A DNA stretch of 64,000 nucleotides from a bacterium (GTDB lineage: Bacteria; Patescibacteriota; Patescibacteriia; UBA1558; UBA10009), in contig JABHGM010000001.1 in NCBI GenBank assembly GCA_018672055.1, positions 507,494 through 571,493 of the forward strand. Reading direction: 5' to 3'. How positions within the stretch are numbered: position 1 is the first letter of the stretch; each line of letters begins with the position of its first letter. The translations under genes were made by a program, and so were the position numbers. Below, piece after piece: positions 36,542 through 46,421 of the stretch. The notes beneath the pieces are model-generated. The model did no database searches and had not been told where the DNA came from. It was given only the letters and a program-made list of their open reading frames with translations.

Positions 36542-38578
36542 TTGAAAAATCTAGATAAATTTTTTAGTCCTAATTCTGTCGCAGTAATTGGCGCATCCAA
36601 TGATTTAGAGAAAGTTGGTGGCCATATTTTTTTTAATGTAAAGAAAAGTTTAGGTAAAAAGGCTTATCCTGTAAATATAAAAGGTAAGAAAGTTCAAGGG
36701 ATTAAGGCGTATTCTAATATAACTGATATTCCTTTTAAAGTTGATTTAGCAATTATTGCAATTCCAGCTAGTTTAGTAATTGATGAGATCAAAAATTGCT
36801 TATCAAAAAATATTAAAAATTATCTTATCATCTCAGCTGGTTTTAAAGAAATAGGTGAGACAGGTATTAAACGTGAAGAGGCATTAAATAATATTATAAA
36901 AGAGCATGGAATAAATGTGGTTGGTCCTAATTGTTTAGGTACGCTAGAAGTAAATAGTGGATATAATTTATCATTTGCTAAAGAACTCCCTGAAATTGGT
37001 GGAGTTTCTTTGATTTCACAGAGTGGTGCTGTTATAGATGCTCTTATTGATTGGAGCTTTAAATCAAAGATTGGTTTTTCTAAGATAATTAGTTTAGGTA
37101 ATAGATCTGATGTTGATGAAGTTGATATTTTGAATTATTTAAAAAATGATCCTAAAACTAAAGTTATAACTCTTTATTTAGAGTCATTAAATGATGGTAT
37201 ATCTTTTGCTAAGACCTTGAAAGAAGTTTCTAAAATAAAACCTGTGGTTATTATTAAACCAGGAAGTTCTGAATTAACTCGAAAAGCTATTGGTTCACAT
37301 ACTGGTAGCTTAGCTAAAGATCAAGATCTAGTTACAACTTTAATTAAAGAAAATAATGGAATTTTAGTTAAAACATTAGATGAATTATTTAATATATTAA
37401 CAGTTTTAAAATCTAAAAAAGTTACTTCAAATAAATTAGCTATCATTACAAATGCTGGTGGCTTAGGAGTAATGGCAACAGATCAGTTAATTAATACTAA
37501 TTTTAATCTCTATCAATTAACTAAGAATGAAAAAAAACAATTTAAATTTTTACCAACTGCTGCTTCTTTAAATAATCCAATTGATATTTTAGGAGATGCT
37601 GATTCATTAAGATATACTAGTACTTTAGAAAAATTAATTAAAATTAAAGACATTGGCAGTATTTTAATTATGTTAACGCCTCAAGTAATGACTGATAGTC
37701 TTGAAATCGCTAAAGGTATAGTTAAATTATCTAAAAAAACAAATAAAAATATAGTTTGTAGTTTTGTTGGTTACCGCCAAGTTAAATCAGCAGTTCAATA
37801 TTTAAATGATAATAATGTTGCTTGTGTTACTACACCTTCTCAGGCAATTACTGCTTTAAATTATCTATATAACTATTCTAGTTTTAAATCAGAGAATATT
37901 AAAGCATTGAGGGTTAATTTAAAAAAAGTAAGCTCAGTTAGAAAAAGTTTAAAAAATTATCATGGACTTTTGGATTATAGTAAAACTAAAAAAATAATAT
38001 CTTTACTTGGTATAAAACTACAAAATAAAAAGATACTTAAACAAGTTCAAGATATTAAAAAAATTAAATTAGTTAAGAATAAGAAATATGTTTTAAAAAT
38101 TGATTCTAAGCAAGCTATTCATAAAAATAGGTTAGGTGGCTTAGTATTAAATATAGATAATAATAATTTTAGATTAGAAGCTTTGAAGTTATTTAAAAAG
38201 TTTAAGAAATTTAAAGATTTATCTTTAATATTAGAAGATGAGGTTAAAGGACAGGAGATTATAATAGGTCTTAAGAGATCTCAAGGTTTAGGTGAATTTT
38301 TAATGTTTGGTTCTGGAGGAAGTGACGTTGAAAAAATTAATGAAGTTAATTGGACCTTATGTCCTGTAAGCCTTAAAAAAGCTCAAGATTTAGTAAAGAA
38401 TTCTACAAATTACACTTTATTAAAAAATAAGTCTATTGATTTTAAGAAGCTTTATCAATTAATAGTTAAAATATCTTATCTCTTAGAATTAATTCCTGAA
38501 ATTAAAGAAGTTGATTTAAATCCTGTTATTTGTAGTAGAGAAAAGCTTTATTTAGCTGATATTAAATTAATTATTTAG
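36542..38578 (+). CDS. acetyl/acyl-CoA synthetase (ADP-forming), fused alpha-beta
   Basis: CoA-binding Rossmann N-terminus ([19 protein letters not shown]), succinyl-CoA-synthetase-like ligase domains, ATP-grasp C-terminus; TTG start. Confidence 0.7.
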   Translation: MKNLDKFFSPNSVAVIGASNDLEKVGGHIFFNVKKSLGKKAYPVNIKGKKVQGIKAYSNITDIPFKVDLAIIAIPASLVIDEIKNCLSKNIKNYLIISAGFKEIGETGIKREEALNNIIKEHGINVVGPNCLGTLEVNSGYNLSFAKELPEIGGVSLISQSGAVIDALIDWSFKSKIGFSKIISLGNRSDVDEVDILNYLKNDPKTKVITLYLESLNDGISFAKTLKEVSKIKPVVIIKPGSSELTRKAIGSHTGSLAKDQDLVTTLIKENNGILVKTLDELFNILTVLKSKKVTSNKLAIITNAGGLGVMATDQLINTNFNLYQLTKNEKKQFKFLPTAASLNNPIDILGDADSLRYTSTLEKLIKIKDIGSILIMLTPQVMTDSLEIAKGIVKLSKKTNKNIVCSFVGYRQVKSAVQYLNDNNVACVTTPSQAITALNYLYNYSSFKSENIKALRVNLKKVSSVRKSLKNYHGLLDYSKTKKIISLLGIKLQNKKILKQVQDIKKIKLVKNKKYVLKIDSKQAIHKNRLGGLVLNIDNNNFRLEALKLFKKFKKFKDLSLILEDEVKGQEIIIGLKRSQGLGEFLMFGSGGSDVEKINEVNWTLCPVSLKKAQDLVKNSTNYTLLKNKSIDFKKLYQLIVKISYLLELIPEIKEVDLNPVICSREKLYLADIKLII

Positions 38579-38613
38579 TTGTCTTTTCTTTATATATTGA
38601 ATATAATAGTATT

Positions 38614-39801
38614 ATGATTAATTATTTTAAAAAATACATATTAATAGCTTTATTTCTTTTTTTTGTAATTCCTTTGACTGCTTCAGCTATTGAATATGAT
38701 TTACAAATAATACCTGGTGATATATATTTTTCTGAGGATATTTTAATTGCTGGTGATAGTGTTAGAATATATGCTTCAGTTCGTAATGTTGGTACTGAAG
38801 ATATAGTTGGTTATGTTAGTTTTTTTCAAGGTATTGAATTAATTGGTAATTCTCAACCAGTTTCTGTTTTACCTAGTAGAGTAGATGATGTTTTTGTTGA
38901 TTTTGTAGTTCCTGATGTTGCATCTTTTAATGTTGTAGCCAGAGTTCAAGGTACAGAGCCAGTAGATCAAAATAATTCAAATAATGAAACTCAAACAGCT
39001 TTGCTATATCCAGAACATGATTTTGATGGTGATGGTATTGTTGATAGTCAAGATAATGATGATGATAATGATGGATTATTAGACACTCAAGAAAATCAAA
39101 ATCAATGCCCATATATTTTAGATGCAGACAGTGATAATGATGGTTATAATGATAGTACTGATAAATTCCCTTGTGATTCATCAGAATGGTTAGACACAGA
39201 TAATGATGGTATTGGTAATAATAGTGATAACGATGATGATAATGATGGCTTATCTGATTCACAAGAGCAAAATTTAGGTACAGACCCATTACGTTCAGAT
39301 ACTGATGGTGATGGTGTTAATGATGCTCAAGATGCGTATCCTTTAGATTCATCTAGATCACAAGAAGAAGTAAGAAATATTTTTCAGCCTATTGTAGAGC
39401 AGGAGCTAGAACCAGAAGTCATATCTAATCCTGAAGTAATTGAACCGGCTAATTTAGATAGTAATAGTTTAGGTAATGTTCAGGAATTGATTGATAACCT
39501 AGAAGACCATGCTGATCTTGATGTATCTGATAATCAATTAAAGGTAGAAGCAGTAGCGGGAACTGATAATTATTTTTTTAAAGGTACTAATTGGCTACTT
39601 TGGATTATTATATTATTAATCTTTAGTATAATTGGTATTTCACTTTATTTATATCAAGATAATATATTTAGATTGTTTGTTAAAAAGAATAAGGTTAAAA
39701 GTAAACCTATACAAAAAGTAGTAGCTCCTAAGCCTGTACAAAACATTAAATCTAGACCAGGTGCTTCTTCATATGTTATTGATTTAAAAAAGAAGAAATA
39801 A
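38614..39801 (+). CDS. surface protein: signal peptide, CARDB-like domain, thrombospondin-type-3 Ca-binding repeats, C-terminal TM anchor
   Basis: Signal peptide; CARDB-like beta domain; at least 6 DxDxDGxxDxxD repeats ([20 protein letters not shown] etc.); [22 protein letters not shown]; basic tail. Confidence 0.65.
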   Translation: MINYFKKYILIALFLFFVIPLTASAIEYDLQIIPGDIYFSEDILIAGDSVRIYASVRNVGTEDIVGYVSFFQGIELIGNSQPVSVLPSRVDDVFVDFVVPDVASFNVVARVQGTEPVDQNNSNNETQTALLYPEHDFDGDGIVDSQDNDDDNDGLLDTQENQNQCPYILDADSDNDGYNDSTDKFPCDSSEWLDTDNDGIGNNSDNDDDNDGLSDSQEQNLGTDPLRSDTDGDGVNDAQDAYPLDSSRSQEEVRNIFQPIVEQELEPEVISNPEVIEPANLDSNSLGNVQELIDNLEDHADLDVSDNQLKVEAVAGTDNYFFKGTNWLLWIIILLIFSIIGISLYLYQDNIFRLFVKKNKVKSKPIQKVVAPKPVQNIKSRPGASSYVIDLKKKK

Positions 39802-39849
39802 TAGTATAAATATTTTTAAATTTAAAATCTTTAGTTAGATTTTTTTTGA

Positions 39850-39878
39850 TTGACATACTAAAAATAGTATGTTATTCT
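39850..39878 (+). promoter_or_regulatory. promoter with embedded perfect palindromic operator
   Basis: -35 TTGACA 39850-39855; 8-bp perfect inverted repeat ACATACTA-aaaa-TAGTATGT (39853-39872) fills the spacer; -10-like TATTCT 39873-39878; strong RBS AGAGGGG before the ATG at 39933. Confidence 0.5.
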
Positions 39879-39932
39879 AATTTATCAATTTATTTTATTG
39901 ATGAGCACATTTAATAACAAAGAGGGGTAATA

Positions 39933-40217
39933 ATGAAGAAGTTAATACTGAAATTATTAAAAAACCATAATCGTTCCGTATATTTAGCTAATGGTAAGCT
40001 ATATATGATTGATGGCAAAGATTTACAGAAACATTTTGAATCTGTTAGAATTGTCTCAGGTTTGAAGGAAAAGTTAATATATTCAGGTTTAATAATTGAG
40101 TATAACAAAGAAGATGAATGGGTAGAGATTGGAGTAGGTACATCAGATAACAAAAACATTTATACAATACCTTTTAATCTAATCATTATTATCAAATCAA
40201 AAATCTTAATGAATTAG
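39933..40217 (+). CDS. hypothetical small protein (94 aa)
   Basis: ORF track; has promoter, RBS and terminators; preferred over the overlapping antisense ORF 39911-40159. Confidence 0.5.
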   Translation: MKKLILKLLKNHNRSVYLANGKLYMIDGKDLQKHFESVRIVSGLKEKLIYSGLIIEYNKEDEWVEIGVGTSDNKNIYTIPFNLIIIIKSKILMN

Positions 40218-40253
40218 ATGGGATAGTATTATATCTTAACTAATAATTTTCAA

Positions 40254-40302
40254 ATGTGTAACTATTACACATTGAACCGCAACACTTGTGTTGCGGTTTT
40301 TT
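40254..40302 (+). terminator. tandem hairpins / rho-independent terminator
   Basis: ATGTGTAA-ctat-TTACACAT followed by AACCGCAACAC-tt-GTGTTGCGGTT-TTTT. Confidence 0.8.
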
Positions 40303-40344
40303 AATTGATTAGACAAAGGAATTTAAACAGTGTAAGATAGTTGT

Positions 40345-42024
40345 ATGAATAAAAAATGGGTCATAAAGGATAAAATAAGTGATAAAGATATAAGTAAATT
40401 TCCGGAAATTAATCCGGTTATTTTACAATTGTTATTTTCACGTAATTTAAAGACTAAAAGTGCTATTGATCAGTTTTTAAGTCCTGATTATTCTAAGGAT
40501 GTTCATGATCCTTTTTTATTTTCTGATATGGAAAAAGTAGTTGCTAGAATATATGAAGCTAGACATAAGAAACAGAAAGTTATGATTTTTGGTGATTATG
40601 ATGCTGACGGAGTATCTGGAAGTACTATACTATCTCATGTTTTTGAAGAAATTAATTTGGATTATGAAGCTTACATGCCAAATAGAGAAGAAGAAGGTTA
40701 TGGATTAAATAAAAAAGCAATTGAGCAGTTTGCTAAAGATAAATTTAGTGTTTTAATTACTGTTGATTGCGGAATTAGTAATAAAGAAGAAGTAGATTAT
40801 GCAAATAGTTTAGGTATTGATGTTATTATAACTGATCATCATCATATTCCAGAAGACGTTCCTAAAGCTTTTGGTATTATTCATCCAGGTTATGATGATA
40901 AGTATCCATTTAAATTTTTAGCTGGAGGTGGAGTTGCTTTTAAACTAGCTCAGGGTATATTAAAAGATGAAAAGGGTAAAGGTTTAGAAAAATGGTTACT
41001 TGATTTTGTGGCAATTAGTACAGTGGCTGATATGGTGCCATTACTTGGAGAAAATAGGACTTTAGTTAAATATGGATTAATTGTTTTAAATAAAACAAAG
41101 AATTTAGGATTAAAGAAAATATTTGAAGTATCTGGTATTTCTTCAAAAGAAATGGATGCCATGACTATTGGCTGGCAAATTGCTCCTAGAATAAATGCTG
41201 CTGGCAGAATGGAACATGCTAATTCAGCTTATCAACTATTAACCACAGACAATATTGAAGAAGCAATTATGATTGCTCATTCTTTAGATAAAAGAAATAC
41301 GGAAAGAAGAAGCTTAACAGATAAAATATCTACTGAAGCACTTAAACAGCTTACTAAAGTTAAAGATGAACCTATATTATTTGTTAAAGGTAAAAATTGG
41401 CCAACTGGTATAATTGGACTTGTTGCTTCAAAAATAGTTAGAAAGTATTCACGTCCTGTTTTAGTGCTTGGTGAGCAAAAAGATAAATTAGTAGCTTCTT
41501 GTCGAAGTATTGATGAATTTAATTTGATTGAATCATTAAATGTTTATAAAAAATATTTTATCAAATATGGTGGTCATAAAGGTGCTGCTGGTTTTAGTAT
41601 GAAGCCAGAAAATTACGAAGATTTTAAAAAAGATTTAACAAAATATGCTGGTGATAAATTAAAAGACGTTGAGCTTGTGCCTAAGGTGGAAATTGATTTA
41701 GAAATTAAGTTATCTCAAATTAATTGGGATTTATTAAATATTCTACTTACTTTTGAACCATATGGTCAAAAGAATGTAAAACCTAAGTTTTTATTAAAAA
41801 AATTAAAATTAAAGAGTTTTGATACTGTTGGTAACGATGGTAAACATTTACGATTATTAGTAAGTGATGGTGATATAGACTTTAAGGTAATTGCATTTAG
41901 TTTTGGTTCTAGAATTAGTGAATTAAAAGTTGATTTAGATATTGATATAGTTTGTGAGATAGGTATTAATGAATGGAATGGTAATAAGCAGATACAATTA
42001 TCATTAATTGATTTTAAAATATGA
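40345..42024 (+). CDS. recJ: single-stranded-DNA-specific exonuclease RecJ
   Basis: DHH motifs: IFGDYDADGVSG, ITDHHH; DHHA1 GGHKGAAG; C-terminal OB domain. Confidence 0.9.
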   Translation: MNKKWVIKDKISDKDISKFPEINPVILQLLFSRNLKTKSAIDQFLSPDYSKDVHDPFLFSDMEKVVARIYEARHKKQKVMIFGDYDADGVSGSTILSHVFEEINLDYEAYMPNREEEGYGLNKKAIEQFAKDKFSVLITVDCGISNKEEVDYANSLGIDVIITDHHHIPEDVPKAFGIIHPGYDDKYPFKFLAGGGVAFKLAQGILKDEKGKGLEKWLLDFVAISTVADMVPLLGENRTLVKYGLIVLNKTKNLGLKKIFEVSGISSKEMDAMTIGWQIAPRINAAGRMEHANSAYQLLTTDNIEEAIMIAHSLDKRNTERRSLTDKISTEALKQLTKVKDEPILFVKGKNWPTGIIGLVASKIVRKYSRPVLVLGEQKDKLVASCRSIDEFNLIESLNVYKKYFIKYGGHKGAAGFSMKPENYEDFKKDLTKYAGDKLKDVELVPKVEIDLEIKLSQINWDLLNILLTFEPYGQKNVKPKFLLKKLKLKSFDTVGNDGKHLRLLVSDGDIDFKVIAFSFGSRISELKVDLDIDIVCEIGINEWNGNKQIQLSLIDFKI

Positions 42025-42431
42025 ATGACCAGAAAATAATAATATACGCTGATGGTGGGTCACGTGGTAATCCAGGTCCTTCAGCTTGTGGAGTTGTTTT
42101 AAAAGATGCAACTGGTAAGGTGATCAGTAATCATTCTAAATACTTAGGTGAAGCTACAAATAATCAAGCTGAATATAATGGAGTTATTTTAGGCTTAACT
42201 GAAGCTTTAAAGATTACGAATGGTGAAATTGATTTTTATTTAGATTCATTATTAGCAGTTAATCAGTTGAATCAGACATTTAAGGTAAAAAATGCAGGCA
42301 TACAAACATTATTCGTTAAGGCTTGGAATTTAAGTGTTAAGTTTAAAAAAGTAAAGTTTTTTCATATACCACGTGAACAGAATAAAGAAGCAGATAAACT
42401 TGTAAATATTGAGCTTGATAATAATAAATAA
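42021..42431 (+). CDS. rnhA: ribonuclease HI
   Basis: IYADGGSRGNPGP, NNQAEYNG, DS, EADKL catalytic DEDD pattern. Confidence 0.75.
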   Translation: MNDQKIIIYADGGSRGNPGPSACGVVLKDATGKVISNHSKYLGEATNNQAEYNGVILGLTEALKITNGEIDFYLDSLLAVNQLNQTFKVKNAGIQTLFVKAWNLSVKFKKVKFFHIPREQNKEADKLVNIELDNNK

Positions 42432-42436
42432 AATTA

Positions 42437-42466
42437 TTGACAAAACATACTATTTTTTATTATAAT
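42437..42466 (+). promoter_or_regulatory. sigma70-type promoter (TTGACA-18-TATAAT)
   Basis: Consensus hexamers; ATG of the next gene 10 nt after the -10, giving a near-leaderless mRNA. Confidence 0.65.
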
Positions 42467-42476
42467 TTAATAAACT

Positions 42477-43355
42477 ATGGCTAAGAATTGGGACGTAATA
42501 GGTCATCAGAATATAACTAAATATCTAGATAATTGCCTTGAAAGAAATAGGTTAGTAAATACCTATCTTTTTTATGGTAATAAGCATTTAGGTAAGACTA
42601 CTGTAGCTAATAAATTTGCTGAAAAGTTATTGAATAATGACGGCAAGGTAAGTACTGATTTATTTGAGCTAAAATTAGAAGATGATAGTAAGGTTATAAC
42701 TATTGAACAAGTAAGAGATTGGCAAAGGTGGTTATCTTTAAAATCATTTTCTGGTGGTTATAAAGTAGGTATTATTCATGAGATGGAAACTTTAAATAGG
42801 CAATCAGCAAATGCTTTACTTAAAACGATTGAAGAACCTTCATTAAATACAATAATAATTTTAATATCGTCTGCTTGGCAAGAATTATTACCTACCATAG
42901 TATCAAGAGCGCAGAAAATACATTTTTTAACTGTACCTAATAAAGAATTAAAAGAAGAATTAAGTAATAAGGAAGTATCTCAAGATAAAATGGATAAAAT
43001 AATTGATTTTTCTTTAGGCAAACCAGGGTTAGCTCTTAAGTTTATAGAAGACAGCGAATTTTTTGATGAGTACCTTAAACTAGACGAAGAGATAGGTAAG
43101 GTTACTGAACTTAGATTAGCTCAAAGATTTAAATTTATTGAAAATTATTTAACTGGAAAAACTTTGCAAGATAATAATATATTAGCAAATAACATTTTAA
43201 AACATTTAGAATTTAATTTAAGAAAAAGATTATTAAATCAGTTAGATGACATTAAACTATTTAATGCTTTAACTAAATTGGAAGATTCTAAGAAATTATT
43301 AAAATATAATATTAAACCACAATTAGTTTTAGAAAACTTATTTATAAATATATGA
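42477..43355 (+). CDS. holB: DNA polymerase III delta-prime subunit
   Basis: AAA+ clamp-loader fold: GHQNI, YLFYGNKHLGKTT, SRAQ; size about 290 aa. Confidence 0.7.
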   Translation: MAKNWDVIGHQNITKYLDNCLERNRLVNTYLFYGNKHLGKTTVANKFAEKLLNNDGKVSTDLFELKLEDDSKVITIEQVRDWQRWLSLKSFSGGYKVGIIHEMETLNRQSANALLKTIEEPSLNTIIILISSAWQELLPTIVSRAQKIHFLTVPNKELKEELSNKEVSQDKMDKIIDFSLGKPGLALKFIEDSEFFDEYLKLDEEIGKVTELRLAQRFKFIENYLTGKTLQDNNILANNILKHLEFNLRKRLLNQLDDIKLFNALTKLEDSKKLLKYNIKPQLVLENLFINI

Positions 43356-44413
43356 AAAAATTATCACTCATACTTTTTATTATAATAACCCCATTAATAT
43401 TATCTGGTTGTTTTATTAAGATAAATACAACAGGTAGTAGTGATGCTGGTGTTTTTAAATCAACAACACGTGGTGAAGAGTGGCAACAGTCTACCATTGT
43501 CTATGGATTAGATGAAATAATTGATAATTTTAATACTGTTGATGCTACTGTTATGGTAATGGATAATCTTGATAATAAAGCAATTTATTATGGTACAACA
43601 GATAGGGGAATATATTATACATATAATGGTGGTGCAGGTTGGCAACAAACATTATCTGGTAGAGGTAAAATTAATGATATTGCTATTTCTCCTAAAGAAA
43701 GTTGTATTATTTACGTAGCTATTGGTAATAGAGTATATAAGACATCGGATTGTAGTAGAAATTGGGAATATAAGTTAATTGAAGCAAGTCCAAATACTAG
43801 TAATATAATTAATACTTTAGCTGTTGACCCATATAATTCATCAGTTGTTTACTCTGGAACTTCAGGTAAAGGCTTGTATCGTAGTGATGATAGTGGTTAT
43901 TCATGGCATGTAGTTAAATATTTTGATGGTCCAATTGTTAAGGTAATGTTAAATCCAAATTTTGAAAATATGATTTATGTGGCTACTTCTAGAAATGGCA
44001 TCTTTAAATCGATTGATGGTGGTGAGAATTGGCAAGAAGTAATTGGTAAAGAATTACCTAAGCAATATACTGGCATGTTGGAATATCATAAGTTAATATT
44101 TGATAATAATTATGATGATGGTTTATTCTTTGCTAATAAATATGGTTTATTTAGATCATTTGATGGTGGTGAGAATTGGAACAATATTGAATTATTAATC
44201 AAGCCTGGTGTTAGAGCTATCTACAGTATAGCTGTTAATCCAACTAATGAAGATGAAATTTATTATACTGTATCTGATACATTCTATAGATCTGAAGATG
44301 GTGGTGAGAATTGGGTAACTAGAAATTTGCCTACTTCTAGAGCTCCAAAATTTATGTTACTTGATCCATTAAATCCAGATACTTTATATATTGGTACTAA
44401 AAGAGTTAAATAA
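43352..44413 (+). CDS. lipoprotein with BNR/Asp-box repeats (beta-propeller, Ycf48-like)
   Basis: Lipobox LILSGC; repeated S/D-x-D-G-G-x-x-W boxes (DGGENWQ, DGGENWN, EDGGENWV, DDSGYSWH). Confidence 0.65.
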   Translation: MKKLSLILFIIITPLILSGCFIKINTTGSSDAGVFKSTTRGEEWQQSTIVYGLDEIIDNFNTVDATVMVMDNLDNKAIYYGTTDRGIYYTYNGGAGWQQTLSGRGKINDIAISPKESCIIYVAIGNRVYKTSDCSRNWEYKLIEASPNTSNIINTLAVDPYNSSVVYSGTSGKGLYRSDDSGYSWHVVKYFDGPIVKVMLNPNFENMIYVATSRNGIFKSIDGGENWQEVIGKELPKQYTGMLEYHKLIFDNNYDDGLFFANKYGLFRSFDGGENWNNIELLIKPGVRAIYSIAVNPTNEDEIYYTVSDTFYRSEDGGENWVTRNLPTSRAPKFMLLDPLNPDTLYIGTKRVK

Positions 44414-44428
44414 TTAATAATATATATT

Positions 44429-44983
44429 ATGATAGATTATATTGATAATTTTAAACCTAATTTTGTAAAAGCTATTGATCATTTTAAAAGTGAAATGGCC
44501 AATTTAAGAATTGGTAGAGCTACACCATCAATTTTAGAAAATATTATTGTTAATGCTTATGAAACGCCAACGCCTTTAGTTCAACTAGCTGGTATTCAAT
44601 CACCTGAGCCTAAAGTATTAACTATTCAACCTTGGGACAAGACATTGCTTAAGCAAATAGCTTCATCTATTGAAAAAGCTAATTTAGGCGTTTCTACACA
44701 AGTTGATGAACAGTTAATTAGAATTACTTTTCCAGCTTTAACTGAAGAGAATAGAATTGACATTGTAAAACAGTTACATAAAAAAACTGAAGATGCTAGA
44801 GTAGCTGTTCGTAATCAAAGAGAAAAGATTAAAAAAGATATAGATAAAGAAGAAAAAGAAAAAGTTATTTCTGAAGATAACAAGTTTAAAAGGATTGAGT
44901 TATTGGATCAACTAGTTAAAGACTATAATGATGAAATTAAAGATTTATCAAATAGCAAAGAAAAAGAAATAATGACTGTTTAA
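44429..44983 (+). CDS. frr: ribosome recycling factor
   Basis: 184 aa, RRF signature LRIGRATPSILE, VAVRNQRE. Confidence 0.9.
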   Translation: MIDYIDNFKPNFVKAIDHFKSEMANLRIGRATPSILENIIVNAYETPTPLVQLAGIQSPEPKVLTIQPWDKTLLKQIASSIEKANLGVSTQVDEQLIRITFPALTEENRIDIVKQLHKKTEDARVAVRNQREKIKKDIDKEEKEKVISEDNKFKRIELLDQLVKDYNDEIKDLSNSKEKEIMTV

Positions 44984-45002
44984 TAATTAATATTTTAAAA
45001 TA

Positions 45003-46118
45003 ATGTTTACAACTATACTAATTTTATTTGTCGTACTTGGTATTTTGATCCTAGTTCATGAATGGGGTCATTTTGTTACTGCCAGAAAGTCAGGTGTTCA
45101 TGTTGAAGAGTTTGGTATTGGTTTCCCGCCTAGAATGGTGAGTAGATTAGGTAAGGATGGTGTAATTTATTCAATTAATTGGATACCTCTTGGTGGTTTT
45201 GTAAAAATAAAGGGTGAAAATGGTGAAGACAGAGAAGATCCTGATAGTTTTGGTAGTAAATCATTTTCTAAGCGTGCTTTAATATTAAGTGCTGGTGTTT
45301 TAATGAATGTATTATTAGCATTCTTTATTTTTTCTGTAGGCTATATGTTTGGTATGCCTCAAGCAATTAGTGATGATATGGATAATAATCAAAAAGTTAC
45401 TGATGTTAAGATACAAATTGAGTCTGTTTTAAAAGATTCACCTGCTGATTTAGCTGGTTTAGCCATGGGTGATCAAATAGTAAAAATTGATGAAGTTGAA
45501 TTAAATAAAATAAGTGAGTTACAAGAATATATTAAATTAAATGAGAATGATTCTCAAACATTATTAATTAACAGAAATGAAGAAAGTTTTACTACAGAGA
45601 TAAGTTCAGAAATAATTGATGGATTTAGTGAAGACAAGGTAATTGGTGTGGCTTTAGTTAAAACAGGTTTTGTAAGATATAATTTTTTTGAAAGTTGGTA
45701 TCAGGGTGGTAAAGTAACTGTAAAAATGTTGGGTAGAATAGCTGTAGCTTTCTATGATTTATTTAAGAATTTAATTTTAGGTCATGGTTTAAGTGCTGAT
45801 GTATCTGGACCAGTTGGTGTTGCTGTTATAACCGGACAAGTAGCGGAAAGAGGTTTAATTTATTTACTTCAATTTACTGCTATCTTATCACTAAATTTAG
45901 CTGTACTTAACTTTATACCATTTCCAGCTTTAGATGGTGGTAGATTTCTATTTATAGTTATTGAAAAGATAAGACGTAAACCAAATAATCAAGAGATAGA
46001 GAATGCAGTACATGGAATAGGCTTTGCTTTATTAATGATCTTAATTGTATTTATAACGTATCGTGATTTTATTAAATTTGGTGGTGGTATAATAGAGTGG
46101 TTTAAAAATATATTTTAA
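45003..46118 (+). CDS. rseP: RIP metalloprotease RseP (site-2 protease)
   Basis: HEWGHF zinc motif in TM1, PDZ domain, C-terminal LDGG motif. Confidence 0.9.
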   Translation: MFTTILILFVVLGILILVHEWGHFVTARKSGVHVEEFGIGFPPRMVSRLGKDGVIYSINWIPLGGFVKIKGENGEDREDPDSFGSKSFSKRALILSAGVLMNVLLAFFIFSVGYMFGMPQAISDDMDNNQKVTDVKIQIESVLKDSPADLAGLAMGDQIVKIDEVELNKISELQEYIKLNENDSQTLLINRNEESFTTEISSEIIDGFSEDKVIGVALVKTGFVRYNFFESWYQGGKVTVKMLGRIAVAFYDLFKNLILGHGLSADVSGPVGVAVITGQVAERGLIYLLQFTAILSLNLAVLNFIPFPALDGGRFLFIVIEKIRRKPNNQEIENAVHGIGFALLMILIVFITYRDFIKFGGGIIEWFKNIF

Positions 46119-46417
46119 TGAAATTTAATATTGATAAAAATAGATTTAGATATACTTTGCCTGAAACTTTAAGAAAAGTTGGTTACTTTAATATTTATGA
46201 TAGAAGGTCTGGTAAGGACAGTTTTGTAAAAAGGTTTTCTAAAATAAGTCATTATCCGAGATTCCATATGTACGTTGATGAAAAAGATGATAAATATATA
46301 TTTAATATACATTTAGATCAAAAAAAAGTGAGTTATGAGGGACAAAAAGCACATAGTGCAGATTACGACGAACCTCAAGTAAAAGAAGAAGCAGAAAGAA
46401 TAATAAATAACATTTAA
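46118..46417 (+). CDS. hypothetical protein
   Basis: 99-aa ORF between rseP and proS; no motif recognised. Confidence 0.35.
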   Translation: MKFNIDKNRFRYTLPETLRKVGYFNIYDRRSGKDSFVKRFSKISHYPRFHMYVDEKDDKYIFNIHLDQKKVSYEGQKAHSADYDEPQVKEEAERIINNI

Positions 46418-46421
46418 TAAT

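Noticed and set aside
39911-40159. 82-aa minus-strand ORF overlapping the small plus-strand gene
   Set aside because: No promoter or RBS; low-complexity hydrophobic translation; the plus-strand ORF has a promoter, strong RBS and terminators
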